A stretch of 64,000 bases of DNA from Bdellovibrionales bacterium (lineage in GTDB: Bacteria > Bdellovibrionota > Bdellovibrionia > Bdellovibrionales > JAGQZY01), in NCBI GenBank assembly GCA_964230645.1, contig CAXRHT010000002.1:992001-1056000 (forward strand). Direction: 5' to 3'. The position numbers were made by a program, and so were the translations under genes. The notes under the pieces were generated by a model. It saw nothing but the letters and a program-made list of their open reading frames with translations. It was not told where the DNA came from and searched no databases. Shown here piece by piece: positions 9,860 through 19,078 of the stretch. How positions within the stretch are numbered: position 1 is the stretch's first letter; every line of letters starts with the position of its first letter.

Positions 9860-11125
9860 TTAGTCTTCCGGATAACCGTAATGAACCTTGCAACTAGTTT
9901 TGTTCCCTCGCGGAAAGCCCCAGCGGCGGTACAAATTGTCGTTGGGATGAAATGACACTCGGCCCGCAAAAAGATTGATCTGAAAACTGTTGATATCTGT
10001 CCAATCAGTGTCACGAGGACCAAACTTAATAGGACAGTAGCGGTAGAGATCCATCTTTTCTTGATTATTTAGATCAGTAGCATAAATGGCTAAGACCACT
10101 GTTCTCAATTCCTGAGGGATCTGGTTGAGTTTTCCGTTCTGCTGAAATCTGACTAAGTAATTTTTTAGCGTTCTAAACTCCTGCATCAAGCTTGAGTCGC
10201 GAGAAGGTGTCGAGTGAGCATCATAGTCTTGATAGTTCATGCAGGCCCCACCAAGGCGTGTTTGATGAGCCAGAGCATCTTCAACGATAGAAATTCTTTC
10301 TAAGACTGTGTCGCAAAGGGTGTTAAAAAGATTTTCCACCAATTCGCCAGGGCTTTGAGATGAGGTTTGATTGATCTCCTGAATTTTAACGAAAAAATCA
10401 AATGTGGATAATTGCCGCGCCCATGTGTACTGCTCAAAATTAGAACGAGAGATATTTTCTTGAGCGACGGCCGCTTCTTGTGGCCATTTCAATCGACGGA
10501 ATCCCCAGTGGTTGCGATCGCCACCACCGTGATTGGGGCGTTTAGTGAACATATAATCACTTTTTGATTTTAAGGGACCTGTTTGAGCGGCATTGGCTTG
10601 AGTGGAGTAAAGCACATCAAATCGTCCATTGGGTAAGACCCGTTTAATAATATAGGTGTGACGAGTGTAGTTACCGTTAGAACCTGTCTTCCACATAAAA
10701 AGGTCACCGGGCTTTAAATCAGAAATTGTTGGTGGAACAGTGTCGTGATGAACAAGGGCTTCAGTCCCGTAATGGGCTCTCATATAATCCATAAAAGCGG
10801 CCAGGCGTCCGTCCCAACTGCCAATATGGTCAAAGCGTGTTGTCATATTGGTGATCTGTCCTTGAGCAACAGCGAAAGGCAGACCATTTTCTCGAGCAAA
10901 ATAGGCCACTAAAGCATAATGAGCATCGGCACAGTCGAGTTTCAGCCTTGCGAAAGGCCCACCGAGACTTTTAAAAAAATCTCCGCGCACTTCGTTTCTG
11001 ATCCACTGAGCGTAACGCTCCTGCCAGGCGCGGTTCCAAGTTTTGCTCGGATCGTGGTTCCAAACAGAGGCCTGTCCATTCACAGTTCCCAAAACAAGAA
11101 AGGCTAATAGTAAAATTTTTCTCAT
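9860..11125 (-). CDS. Secreted hypothetical protein, possible papain-like Cys/His enzyme
   Basis: Signal peptide (GQA-SVW); LDCADAHY, KPGDLF, RHTYII order resembles NlpC/P60-like folds. Confidence 0.55.
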   Translation of the reverse strand: MRKILLLAFLVLGTVNGQASVWNHDPSKTWNRAWQERYAQWIRNEVRGDFFKSLGGPFARLKLDCADAHYALVAYFARENGLPFAVAQGQITNMTTRFDHIGSWDGRLAAFMDYMRAHYGTEALVHHDTVPPTISDLKPGDLFMWKTGSNGNYTRHTYIIKRVLPNGRFDVLYSTQANAAQTGPLKSKSDYMFTKRPNHGGGDRNHWGFRRLKWPQEAAVAQENISRSNFEQYTWARQLSTFDFFVKIQEINQTSSQSPGELVENLFNTLCDTVLERISIVEDALAHQTRLGGACMNYQDYDAHSTPSRDSSLMQEFRTLKNYLVRFQQNGKLNQIPQELRTVVLAIYATDLNNQEKMDLYRYCPIKFGPRDTDWTDINSFQINLFAGRVSFHPNDNLYRRWGFPRGNKTSCKVHYGYPED

Positions 11126-11232
11126 GACTTTTTTCCCTTTTTTTTAATCCGGTATCACTCGAATTATTAAGGGAGTAGTTGCTGTGAAAAATGTACAGGT
11201 GAAAAGCTTCTTTTGAGAGATTTTACAGGTAT

Positions 11233-11264
11233 AAAAAAAGCTCTGATTTAAAAACCAGAGCTTT
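11233..11264 (-). terminator. Intrinsic terminator downstream of 11387-12100 gene
   Basis: AAAGCTCTG / CAGAGCTTT stem preceded on + strand by an A run. Confidence 0.65.
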
Positions 11265-11386
11265 AGGAAGGATATGAGGGCTTATTGTTTCCTTCTTAGA
11301 AAGAAAACGCTGAGCCGGTTTAAAAGTTGCGGAAAAAATAGAAAGGATAGGAAAAATTATCTCCCACCCTTTTTAAATTATAAGGT

Positions 11387-12100
11387 TTATAGTTCAGCAA
11401 TCATCGCTGCAGCCTGAGAATCTGAAACAGGAATCGTGCCCGCTTTGCCGTTTTTGCAAAAGCCGGTTTTCATGGCTCCTTTAACAACAAATTCTGAAGG
11501 CATAATCTCAAGGCAAGCTTTTTTAGACATACACAGAGTCTCTGGAGTGGAGTTCTGAGACCCAATGGAGCTTTCGGAAATATAGCCCACTCGGTTTGAA
11601 CGCCCTGGTCCTTCGACAACACATACGTAAGAAGTGTCACCCTTATCATAGGTCCTAGAGTTTTTATCGCCGTGTGAGTACTTTTTCTTTTTGTCTTTAC
11701 AGTTTTTCTTTTTAGGTCTTTTATCCTCACAACCTGGACAGTAAGCATGGCGGCGATCTTCCTCTAGCTCTCGCCTCTCGTCACAGCCTGGACAATCTCC
11801 GTGGCGCTCACCATCGTCAGTCACTCGGTCGTTGTTGGGATTTCTGTTCCCATTGCCGTCGGTCCCATCCTGATTAACAAGGCCATCGTCTTCAAGATTA
11901 TTTAAGTCATCATCACTGATTAAACCATCATCGAGTAAATCCTGGTTATCGACAATATCGACACCTTGTCCGTCAAGCTTAGATGACTGAGTGTCTTGCT
12001 GGAAAGCCACCCCTTGGCCGCAGTTTTGGTAAAGTGAAAGTGGTGCAGCAAAGAGCACCATTAAAAATAGTTTTTTGATTGTAAACATGAATTCCCCCAA
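11387..12100 (-). CDS. Lipoprotein-like protein (YQNCG) with acidic linker, two CPGC motifs and Cys-containing C-terminal domain
   Basis: LSLYQNCG; HGDCPGCD and HAYCPGCE; true start may be ATG 12088. Confidence 0.65.
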   Translation of the reverse strand: MGEFMFTIKKLFLMVLFAAPLSLYQNCGQGVAFQQDTQSSKLDGQGVDIVDNQDLLDDGLISDDDLNNLEDDGLVNQDGTDGNGNRNPNNDRVTDDGERHGDCPGCDERRELEEDRRHAYCPGCEDKRPKKKNCKDKKKKYSHGDKNSRTYDKGDTSYVCVVEGPGRSNRVGYISESSIGSQNSTPETLCMSKKACLEIMPSEFVVKGAMKTGFCKNGKAGTIPVSDSQAAAMIAEL

Positions 12101-12388
12101 ACTTTGTTACATCTCTTTATAGAGCAAAGCTTGTACCAGCTGGAGACTGTTTAGTTTCTTTTTGGGCGGGTATTATTTAGACACTGATCATATTCAATAC
12201 ACAGCTGTCTGTATTAAACTGAGATTTTAGGCACTAAGCTTAAAGTACTCACTCACTCCATCCTCCTCGTTTCCCCCCCCCTTTAAATCGAGTACAAATT
12301 ACAATAGCTCACCCATTTTTTTCACATTTGATTGCCATTTCATCTAACACCCTCTTTAGTGTTAACTCACATCAACCTCGGGGTTTAA

Positions 12389-14089
12389 ATGGGTAAGTAT
12401 TTCTTGGGACTTAATAGTTTAACAATCATAATCTCTCTTTTTTTAAGCCAACCACTTCTTGGAGCCGGCGACAGAATAGACACCATTCTTTCCTCTTCCC
12501 AGCGACAAAGGGCTTACTCAAGTCCTCTTCTAAGTTCTAGTTTTCAAACCGCTCTTGACGAAATTTCAAATTCGGTAAGAGTAAAAGGCAATGATCAAGT
12601 TCTTATGCTCAACGGACAGCAATCCTACCCGGTGCGATACCGTCTTATACAACAAGCTAAGAAATCGATCATCATGTCCACATTTTCTATATACTCTGGC
12701 AATCGCAATGGTGAGATCGCCGACCCATTTAGTCGAAAAATGGTCGAGCTTTTGATTGAGAAAAGACGACAAGGGGTGGAAGTTCTTGTCATTTACGATG
12801 GCGGCACTTCCGTCCTAGCAAAATCACAAACAGCAATAGACCAACTGCGATCCAATGATATAAAAGTCATTAAATACAATCCCATTGTTACAGACCAGAC
12901 AGATGTACACCTTCTTCTGAGTATTATTCCCGGTGCTTTAAAATTTGCCTTCAACCAACATCCCATTAATAACCGGTGGCATGAAAAAACCATGGTGGTC
13001 GATGGAGAGTACCTGATCTCTGGTGGACTCAATTGGGGAGCGCCTTATGCCCTTGGAAATGCCTTTTCAAAACAAATCCCCAACTACTATCAATCGTTTT
13101 ACTCTCATCCTCTTGTGCGTGAATTGCGCTTAAGCGACCATGAAAGCTGGCACAGAACTTCCGATACAGGTTGGAGGGATACGGATGTTCTAATTAAAGG
13201 TCCCATTGCGACCCAGGCGGCCCGTCGTCTACTCATTGACTTCTCACTTATCGAATACCTGCAGAATCACCGCGGAGCCGACTTTGAAGACGCAACGATT
13301 GATGATATTGCTCAATCCTACAACCTTTATCTAGAGCGCTACCATAACAAGGAAGACGACTACTTCAGTAGGATCCACCTCCAGAATGAAAGAAGAAACA
13401 TTGTCAAACCTGGAGAATCAAGTTTAGGTTCTGCTAGGTATGTTTTTCAAAGACCCTATTTGGATCACAAATTACAAAGTCGCCATGCCCAGCTTTCGAC
13501 CTTCGCGCGACAAAATCGCTTGAATTATAACTCGGAGAACCCCTCCACTTACATCACAAACCTATACCTTAATTTGATCGACAAGGCTGAAACGCAAATA
13601 CTTTGGGGCTGTCATTCCAACCGCCCTCCAGAACCAATATTGAAAGCTCTTGAAAGGGCCGCTCAGAGAGGGGTTAAGGTTTTCATTATTGGAAACTCCA
13701 GAGAAGCGGCAAAAACACTTCCTGATGGAGGTACTCTTATGTATCCCATGGCCCTTTGCCACTACCGTGACCTTCTTGAGGCCGGAGGGGCACAGGGTAA
13801 TATAAGAATTTTCGAATGGCAGAGAAGCCTTAATATCAACGGGACAAGTCTAAAGAGCGGAGCTTTTCATTCAAAGGTCTTCAGTGTGGATGGAGTGATT
13901 ACCTCAGTGGGCTCTTTTAATATGTCGAAGGCCTCTTTTGGCAAGCACACCGAAGGAACGGTTGTTATTAATGATCCCGAATTTGCCCAGTCCGCTGAAA
14001 AAATGTTCTCTGACGATCTTCTCTTCACCAACGAAGTAAAAATCGAAGATCTTCCTATAAGGAATTCCTCCAGATGCAGCAATTACTGA
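12389..14089 (+). CDS. Secreted phospholipase D family protein (two HKD motifs)
   Basis: HEKTMVVD...SGGLN and HSKVFSVD...GSFN; WRDTDV; N-terminal signal peptide. Confidence 0.9.
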   Translation: MGKYFLGLNSLTIIISLFLSQPLLGAGDRIDTILSSSQRQRAYSSPLLSSSFQTALDEISNSVRVKGNDQVLMLNGQQSYPVRYRLIQQAKKSIIMSTFSIYSGNRNGEIADPFSRKMVELLIEKRRQGVEVLVIYDGGTSVLAKSQTAIDQLRSNDIKVIKYNPIVTDQTDVHLLLSIIPGALKFAFNQHPINNRWHEKTMVVDGEYLISGGLNWGAPYALGNAFSKQIPNYYQSFYSHPLVRELRLSDHESWHRTSDTGWRDTDVLIKGPIATQAARRLLIDFSLIEYLQNHRGADFEDATIDDIAQSYNLYLERYHNKEDDYFSRIHLQNERRNIVKPGESSLGSARYVFQRPYLDHKLQSRHAQLSTFARQNRLNYNSENPSTYITNLYLNLIDKAETQILWGCHSNRPPEPILKALERAAQRGVKVFIIGNSREAAKTLPDGGTLMYPMALCHYRDLLEAGGAQGNIRIFEWQRSLNINGTSLKSGAFHSKVFSVDGVITSVGSFNMSKASFGKHTEGTVVINDPEFAQSAEKMFSDDLLFTNEVKIEDLPIRNSSRCSNY

Positions 14090-15516
14090 GCTGTCTATTA
14101 TTGTTTTTTTCGCTGTCGAGTTGGGCGCAACCGGGCTATCTCGAGTTAAAAAGACAGCTAGAGACAGAACAGGAGCAATTTCGTCTGAATTTACAGGAAC
14201 TAAAGATTAGTCGCTCCCCCAACCAGATATTCCAACTTGATCAATACAACGGTTCTAAAAACGCCATGGAAACGATGATCGAAGTCTTTGAGCGAAATAG
14301 TGCACTCTTGGATCGATACCCTTCCCTTTATCCAAACAATCAGAAGAAAATGGATGAAGTACTAGAAATGCTGATCTACTACGTCCAGGCCGCAGAGTTT
14401 CTTGGGCAAGTCTTGCCTCACCGTGCTTTGGCAACTGTGCTAAGTGAACTCTCTTCGCAAAGAGAAAATTCTTTCCTCCTCCGCTTGATCAATCGAACCC
14501 AATTTCACCTTAGACCTCATGGAAACAACTCCGGCCAGAGGCTTCACAAAGCGATCCTGAGGGCTCAGTCGTGGCCAATCAGGAGTCACCCGGACTGGCT
14601 TAGGCAATACATTAGAAGGGCCCAATATTTTTCTAGCAATTCTTCTCTATTAGACGATCGATACTTTGTGGACCGCCCTTTTCTTGATTTCTTTTATGAT
14701 TTAAAAGCTGGTCTTCTTTACCAAACAGGGCTCGCAGCGCTCCCTAAAGACTTCTATATTACTCATGAGCAAATCAATGAGATTCAAGATTCGCTTCATC
14801 CCGGAGATATCGCTGTCATTAAGCACTATTATAAATTGACCAACGTGGCCTTTAATGGAGAATGGAGTCACGGCCTGATCTACCTGGGATCCTGGAATAA
14901 GTTCAAACGTTATTTTGATAAGGACCGAAACACTCGTGAGTTTTTCCAAAATCTCTGTCGCAGGCAAAATCTTAGTTGCAATAACTTTAGCTCCTTTCTT
15001 GAGCACAAACTTCCCGAAGTGATCGATTACTACAAAAATGATAAAACCGAATACTTCGGGCAAAGACTTCCCCGAGTGGTTTTGGAAAGTATAGGCGAGG
15101 GTGTTGTGATTTCCAATATCTACGAAGCTTTAAGAAAAGATCAACTTGCCCTAATCCGGCCTAAAATGAGTATCCAGGCTAAAGCTCTTGCTGTTTATAC
15201 TGCTCTTCAATATATGTTTCGTCCCTATGATTATTCTTTTAATTTCCAATCTCATCACCGCTTGGTTTGTACAGAAATTATTTATAACGCTTATTCTCCA
15301 GGGGTGCACTCCACAATTCCTTCTTTTGCTTGGGAGCGCTCTCGTCGTCTGGGACGCGTGGTGGTTCAGGCCACTGATATTGTGAGGACCTTTTCCCGAG
15401 ATTTTCAACAGGGAGGCCGTTTGTTTGATTTTCTCTATTTCCTCAGTGGAGATTCGAGAGAGAAAAAAGCCACATTCTCAAGCCCTGAAAAGCTACAAGA
15501 GACTGTGACGCCCTAA
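14074..15516 (+). CDS. Secreted permuted papain-like NlpC/P60 (YiiX/YebB-like) protein
   Basis: PGDIAV...WSHGLIYLG (His first), ESIGEGV, PYDYSF...LVCTEII (Cys last); signal SWA-Q. Confidence 0.85.
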   Translation: MQQLLSCLLLFFSLSSWAQPGYLELKRQLETEQEQFRLNLQELKISRSPNQIFQLDQYNGSKNAMETMIEVFERNSALLDRYPSLYPNNQKKMDEVLEMLIYYVQAAEFLGQVLPHRALATVLSELSSQRENSFLLRLINRTQFHLRPHGNNSGQRLHKAILRAQSWPIRSHPDWLRQYIRRAQYFSSNSSLLDDRYFVDRPFLDFFYDLKAGLLYQTGLAALPKDFYITHEQINEIQDSLHPGDIAVIKHYYKLTNVAFNGEWSHGLIYLGSWNKFKRYFDKDRNTREFFQNLCRRQNLSCNNFSSFLEHKLPEVIDYYKNDKTEYFGQRLPRVVLESIGEGVVISNIYEALRKDQLALIRPKMSIQAKALAVYTALQYMFRPYDYSFNFQSHHRLVCTEIIYNAYSPGVHSTIPSFAWERSRRLGRVVVQATDIVRTFSRDFQQGGRLFDFLYFLSGDSREKKATFSSPEKLQETVTP

Positions 15517-15633
15517 CTGAAAAATTGGCATTACCCTTTCTATAGCTAACATCTATCATAAACATTTTAATTATCAATTTTATCAATAGCATAAGTCCCC
15601 TTATAAAAAGCTCAACCAAAAGGGGGAATTCTA

Positions 15634-16023
15634 ATGAAACTCGTATTAATCCTATCAACTCTTTTAGCCACTCAAGGCCTCTGGGCGAAAACATCCATTC
15701 AGTGTTCTGATCAATTAACTTTTTCACACATTAGAACCTCGGATCTCGGCCAGGAGACTATGACTATCAATTATAACTTTGCTACTGCGAAACTCTTTTG
15801 TGATCTCAGTAGTGAGCAAGCTTTAGAGGAAAGACGTCCCTTTCGTTGTGCTGGGATGTGGACCTTTGATCTGAGACGACCGGATCAGACGACCGGGACA
15901 CCTGTCGTTGCAGAATTTCACTACTCCGAAGAAAAACAGCAGTGGATGAGCGCATACAGAACAAGTCACGACTATGACCGTGTTATAGTTATATCGGATT
16001 GCTTGGTGGAAACAGAGGAGTGA
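15634..16023 (+). CDS. Small secreted hypothetical protein (4 Cys)
   Basis: GGGGG SD; signal ending LWA-K. Confidence 0.65.
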   Translation: MKLVLILSTLLATQGLWAKTSIQCSDQLTFSHIRTSDLGQETMTINYNFATAKLFCDLSSEQALEERRPFRCAGMWTFDLRRPDQTTGTPVVAEFHYSEEKQQWMSAYRTSHDYDRVIVISDCLVETEE

Positions 16024-16038
16024 TTTCCTCTCTGAAAA

Positions 16039-16908
16039 CTAAAGCTTTTTTTGCTTATCGCCCAGTTTTTTGAGTTTCTTAAGATTGATCATGCGTGTGT
16101 AGTAGCTAGAGTCTCTTTTGGGAGCCCGGCGCTTGCGCGTGATCTTTCTACGACTTCCCACCGAACTGACACTACGGCGCTTTCTAAATTTCACTTCTGC
16201 GATTTGATTGATTTTCCCTAAATACTTTCTGGGATTCAAAGGCACATTATGACAGCGCACCTCAAAGTGTAGATGAGGTCCTGTGGCTCTCCCCGTTCTT
16301 CCCACGTATCCAATGGTTTGACCCAAATTGACCCAATCTCCTTCTTTGACCTGGTAGTCGGAGAGGTGTCCGTAAAGAGAGCTGTAACGATTGCCATGAT
16401 CGATCTCAATAGTCTTTCCGTAAGCTCCTTTGCGACGCGAAGTTTTCACCACACCGGCTGAAGCCGCATAAACGGGAGTTCCTGTTTTTCCTCGAAAATC
16501 AATGCCCGCGTGAATATGGCGCCTTCCTGAAAGAGGATGCACTCGGTAGCCATAACGACTCGTCATAACCGCACGCACAGGCTTTTCGAAATAAGGCGAC
16601 TCTGGGCAAATTCTTTTTTCAATATAACTGTAGCGAGATTTCCTCACTTTTTTGACTTCACTCTTATCAGCCAACTTTTTCACAAAGGCTCTTTCTTGAT
16701 AAAGAGAGTTAATATCCACATTCTCAGCAAAAAGGTTACTCTCCAACCAGTTTACTCCAGCTAGATTGGAGCTAATCTCATGGCTTGATATCTCGTCTAT
16801 ATATATAGATTGCACGGTTTCGAATCTATAGCCGGGATCCCTCATTAGGGCATTGAATAGAAATGTGATCATGAAACCAGAGAGAAATACAAAGCCGAGT
16901 CGATTCAT
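16039..16908 (-). CDS. M23 family peptidoglycan endopeptidase with basic C-terminal tail
   Basis: TSRYGYRVHP, HAGIDF, YGHL, TGPHLHFEV; start set at ATG 16908 after AAGGA SD. Confidence 0.92.
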   Translation of the reverse strand: MNRLGFVFLSGFMITFLFNALMRDPGYRFETVQSIYIDEISSHEISSNLAGVNWLESNLFAENVDINSLYQERAFVKKLADKSEVKKVRKSRYSYIEKRICPESPYFEKPVRAVMTSRYGYRVHPLSGRRHIHAGIDFRGKTGTPVYAASAGVVKTSRRKGAYGKTIEIDHGNRYSSLYGHLSDYQVKEGDWVNLGQTIGYVGRTGRATGPHLHFEVRCHNVPLNPRKYLGKINQIAEVKFRKRRSVSSVGSRRKITRKRRAPKRDSSYYTRMINLKKLKKLGDKQKKL

Positions 16909-17251
16909 GGATGTTCCTTTTCGTTGCATTACACTCTTCGGCACAAAGTGAGACATTGTTAAGACATTTTGCACCGCCCAAGGTCTAATTTGGAGATGAA
17001 AATTCCCAGGGAAAGTGTCAAAAGTTTTTAACCTCTCTATTTTTCTATTTTTTTTTCAATGTCCCCCTTTGAGAATCGCCAAATAATTCGACAGCTTTGT
17101 TTCACAACATTTGTGCTATCAATTTTTTTTACACTCTGGCTGTCCAAATAGTTAACAAATCAAGCTTTCGTCTCGTCCTGATATTTTAACTTTCGGCCAG
17201 GAGCACCGAAGGTCTAGTGAGTGACAAATTAAATGTTTGAAGGAGGAATGA

Positions 17252-18043
17252 ATGAAGGCTCTTGTCCTATTAACTTTACTACCAGCATTTATGCTGATTG
17301 GTTGCGGTAAAATGCAAACCAATAAGGATTCAGCCGGGAATGTACTTCAAGAAATGACAAACAACAATGCCATCAGCGAAGAAGAAGCCAATAGCATTGA
17401 CGAGAGTTTATTAGATACCGAAATTGAAGTTTCCCAATCAGAAGATCAACCCAACTCAGTAATGATGAAAGTGGGTGGAGCTGAACTACTAATCGATTTT
17501 ATCGAAGACTTATCGGGAGACCCGGAAGAGACCGCAATGGTGATCAATGGTGTTGAAGTGCCCGCCGGTCTAGCTGCCGATAAAAATTCTTTCCAAGGTT
17601 TGATTGCCTCTCTTGTAACTTCACAGTTAGAGGGTGTGGACATTCTTGGAATCCCAGTGGGTGAGCTTGTGCAAGCAGGTCTTGGACTCATAAGTGGTGA
17701 TACGGATCGCGCTAGCTTTTCCAATCTGTTTGGAACACTGATTCGCGGAGCCCTTAATATGTTCCTCGACGGTACCCCGTTTGGAAATATTTTCGGATCT
17801 CTTGTAGATGGTCTTCTTGGCGACAATAACTCTAGCAACAGTGGTCAAGGAAACAACAATAACGGAAATAATAATTCCAATAACAACGGCAACAATAATA
17901 ACAATAATGGAAATAATAATAATAATAATAATAACTCCGGTGGAGGACTCGGAGGAATTGTTAATACAATTGGAGGAGTATTAACGGGAGGCAATCCACT
18001 TCTTGGAGGAATTTTTAGTCTCATCACGAATCTCTTCAATTAA
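17252..18043 (+). CDS. Lipoprotein with Asn-rich low-complexity linker and Gly/Leu amphipathic segments
   Basis: Lipobox LIGC; GGAGG SD; poly-N tract. Confidence 0.8.
   Translation: MKALVLLTLLPAFMLIGCGKMQTNKDSAGNVLQEMTNNNAISEEEANSIDESLLDTEIEVSQSEDQPNSVMMKVGGAELLIDFIEDLSGDPEETAMVINGVEVPAGLAADKNSFQGLIASLVTSQLEGVDILGIPVGELVQAGLGLISGDTDRASFSNLFGTLIRGALNMFLDGTPFGNIFGSLVDGLLGDNNSSNSGQGNNNNGNNNSNNNGNNNNNNGNNNNNNNNSGGGLGGIVNTIGGVLTGGNPLLGGIFSLITNLFN
17852..17935 (+). repeat. AAY trinucleotide repeat encoding poly-Asn
   Basis: Runs of AAT/AAC punctuated by Gly/Ser codons; (AAT)7 at 17912-17932. Confidence 0.9.
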
Positions 18044-18060
18044 ACCTTATCCCCTAGAAG

Positions 18061-18085
18061 AGGAGCCAGGAAACTGGCTCCTTTT
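18061..18085 (+). terminator. Intrinsic terminator
   Basis: AGGAGCCAG-GAAA-CTGGCTCCT followed by TTT. Confidence 0.85.
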
Positions 18086-18211
18086 CGCTTTTTTCCCACC
18101 CAAAACAAAATAGCAACGCATCATATTCAATATATTGTTAAGACCTCCCCAAATCTTTGACAGACTTTTGGTTAGTGAATAGCTTAAAAAGCATCTTTGA
18201 GGGGGAATGGA

Positions 18212-19078
18212 ATGACTCGTGTTCTTTGCTTATTTTTTGTGCTTATTAGCTTTGCCTCTTTAGCCCAAGGCTCATTTAAATTAACAGATCTTGGTGAGAG
18301 ATTACGCTCTTGTCAAAACATGGAGTACGATGACTTCATTGTTACAGTCAGCAAAAGTCTCCAAAAAGAAACCCAAAATCTTTTCTTTGACGACAAACTC
18401 ACTGCCGTACTGGTAGAACAACCGGACTGTTACCGCGTTGGAACAGAGATTCAAATCCATTTAGAAGATGACCCGGTTCCTTATTTAGGGAAAGCCATTA
18501 TCGATGAAATTGAAGTTCTCTCACCTGAAGAACTCAAAAACCATAAGGACACCCCTTATACCAAAAGCGGCCTTGAGGATTATGTCTCCACCACTCGTGA
18601 CAACCAATATGGAGTTCTTAAAATTCGAGTCACTGAAAAGGTGACCAATTATTATGTGAATCAAGAGTATGAAAGACTTCCCACCTGCTTTCCCTCCTAC
18701 GGAGACTGGGAATCGATGAGACTTAGCGAAGATGATAAATCTTTGGTGGATGATATTAAATCCGGCCGAGTGATTGCTCAAATTAGCAATGGTACTTTTA
18801 ATTGCTATAAAGTGGGTATTAGAGCCCGCATTCAAGTCGCTGGGGACTACGAAACCGATCACGGTAACATCATTCCTACAGAGCTTTACGTGATCCATTA
18901 CACGCAATTGACATCAAAACACGCCAAGTATTTTCAGCAATCCGTCAGTGAATTAAAAACTGAGATGGAAAAAAAGAAAGATGTGGATGGCGGCTACACT
19001 ACAATTGTCGTTTTCGACTACGAAAAGCCACGGGAAACTCCCCCAGAAACAACTGAGACTCAGTCATTACTGCAGTGA
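18212..19078 (+). CDS. Secreted protein with internal duplication, putative tandem ASCH/PUA-like domains
   Basis: Signal SLA-Q; repeats LRSC...CYRVGTEIQI and LPTC...CYKVGIRARI; second repeat resembles YqfB-type ASCH. Confidence 0.6.
   Translation: MTRVLCLFFVLISFASLAQGSFKLTDLGERLRSCQNMEYDDFIVTVSKSLQKETQNLFFDDKLTAVLVEQPDCYRVGTEIQIHLEDDPVPYLGKAIIDEIEVLSPEELKNHKDTPYTKSGLEDYVSTTRDNQYGVLKIRVTEKVTNYYVNQEYERLPTCFPSYGDWESMRLSEDDKSLVDDIKSGRVIAQISNGTFNCYKVGIRARIQVAGDYETDHGNIIPTELYVIHYTQLTSKHAKYFQQSVSELKTEMEKKKDVDGGYTTIVVFDYEKPRETPPETTETQSLLQ

Noticed and set aside
12389..14089. Cardiolipin synthase cls or Zorya/DISARM-type defence PLD
   Set aside because: Single signal peptide rather than cls membrane hairpin; no helicase or methylase neighbours
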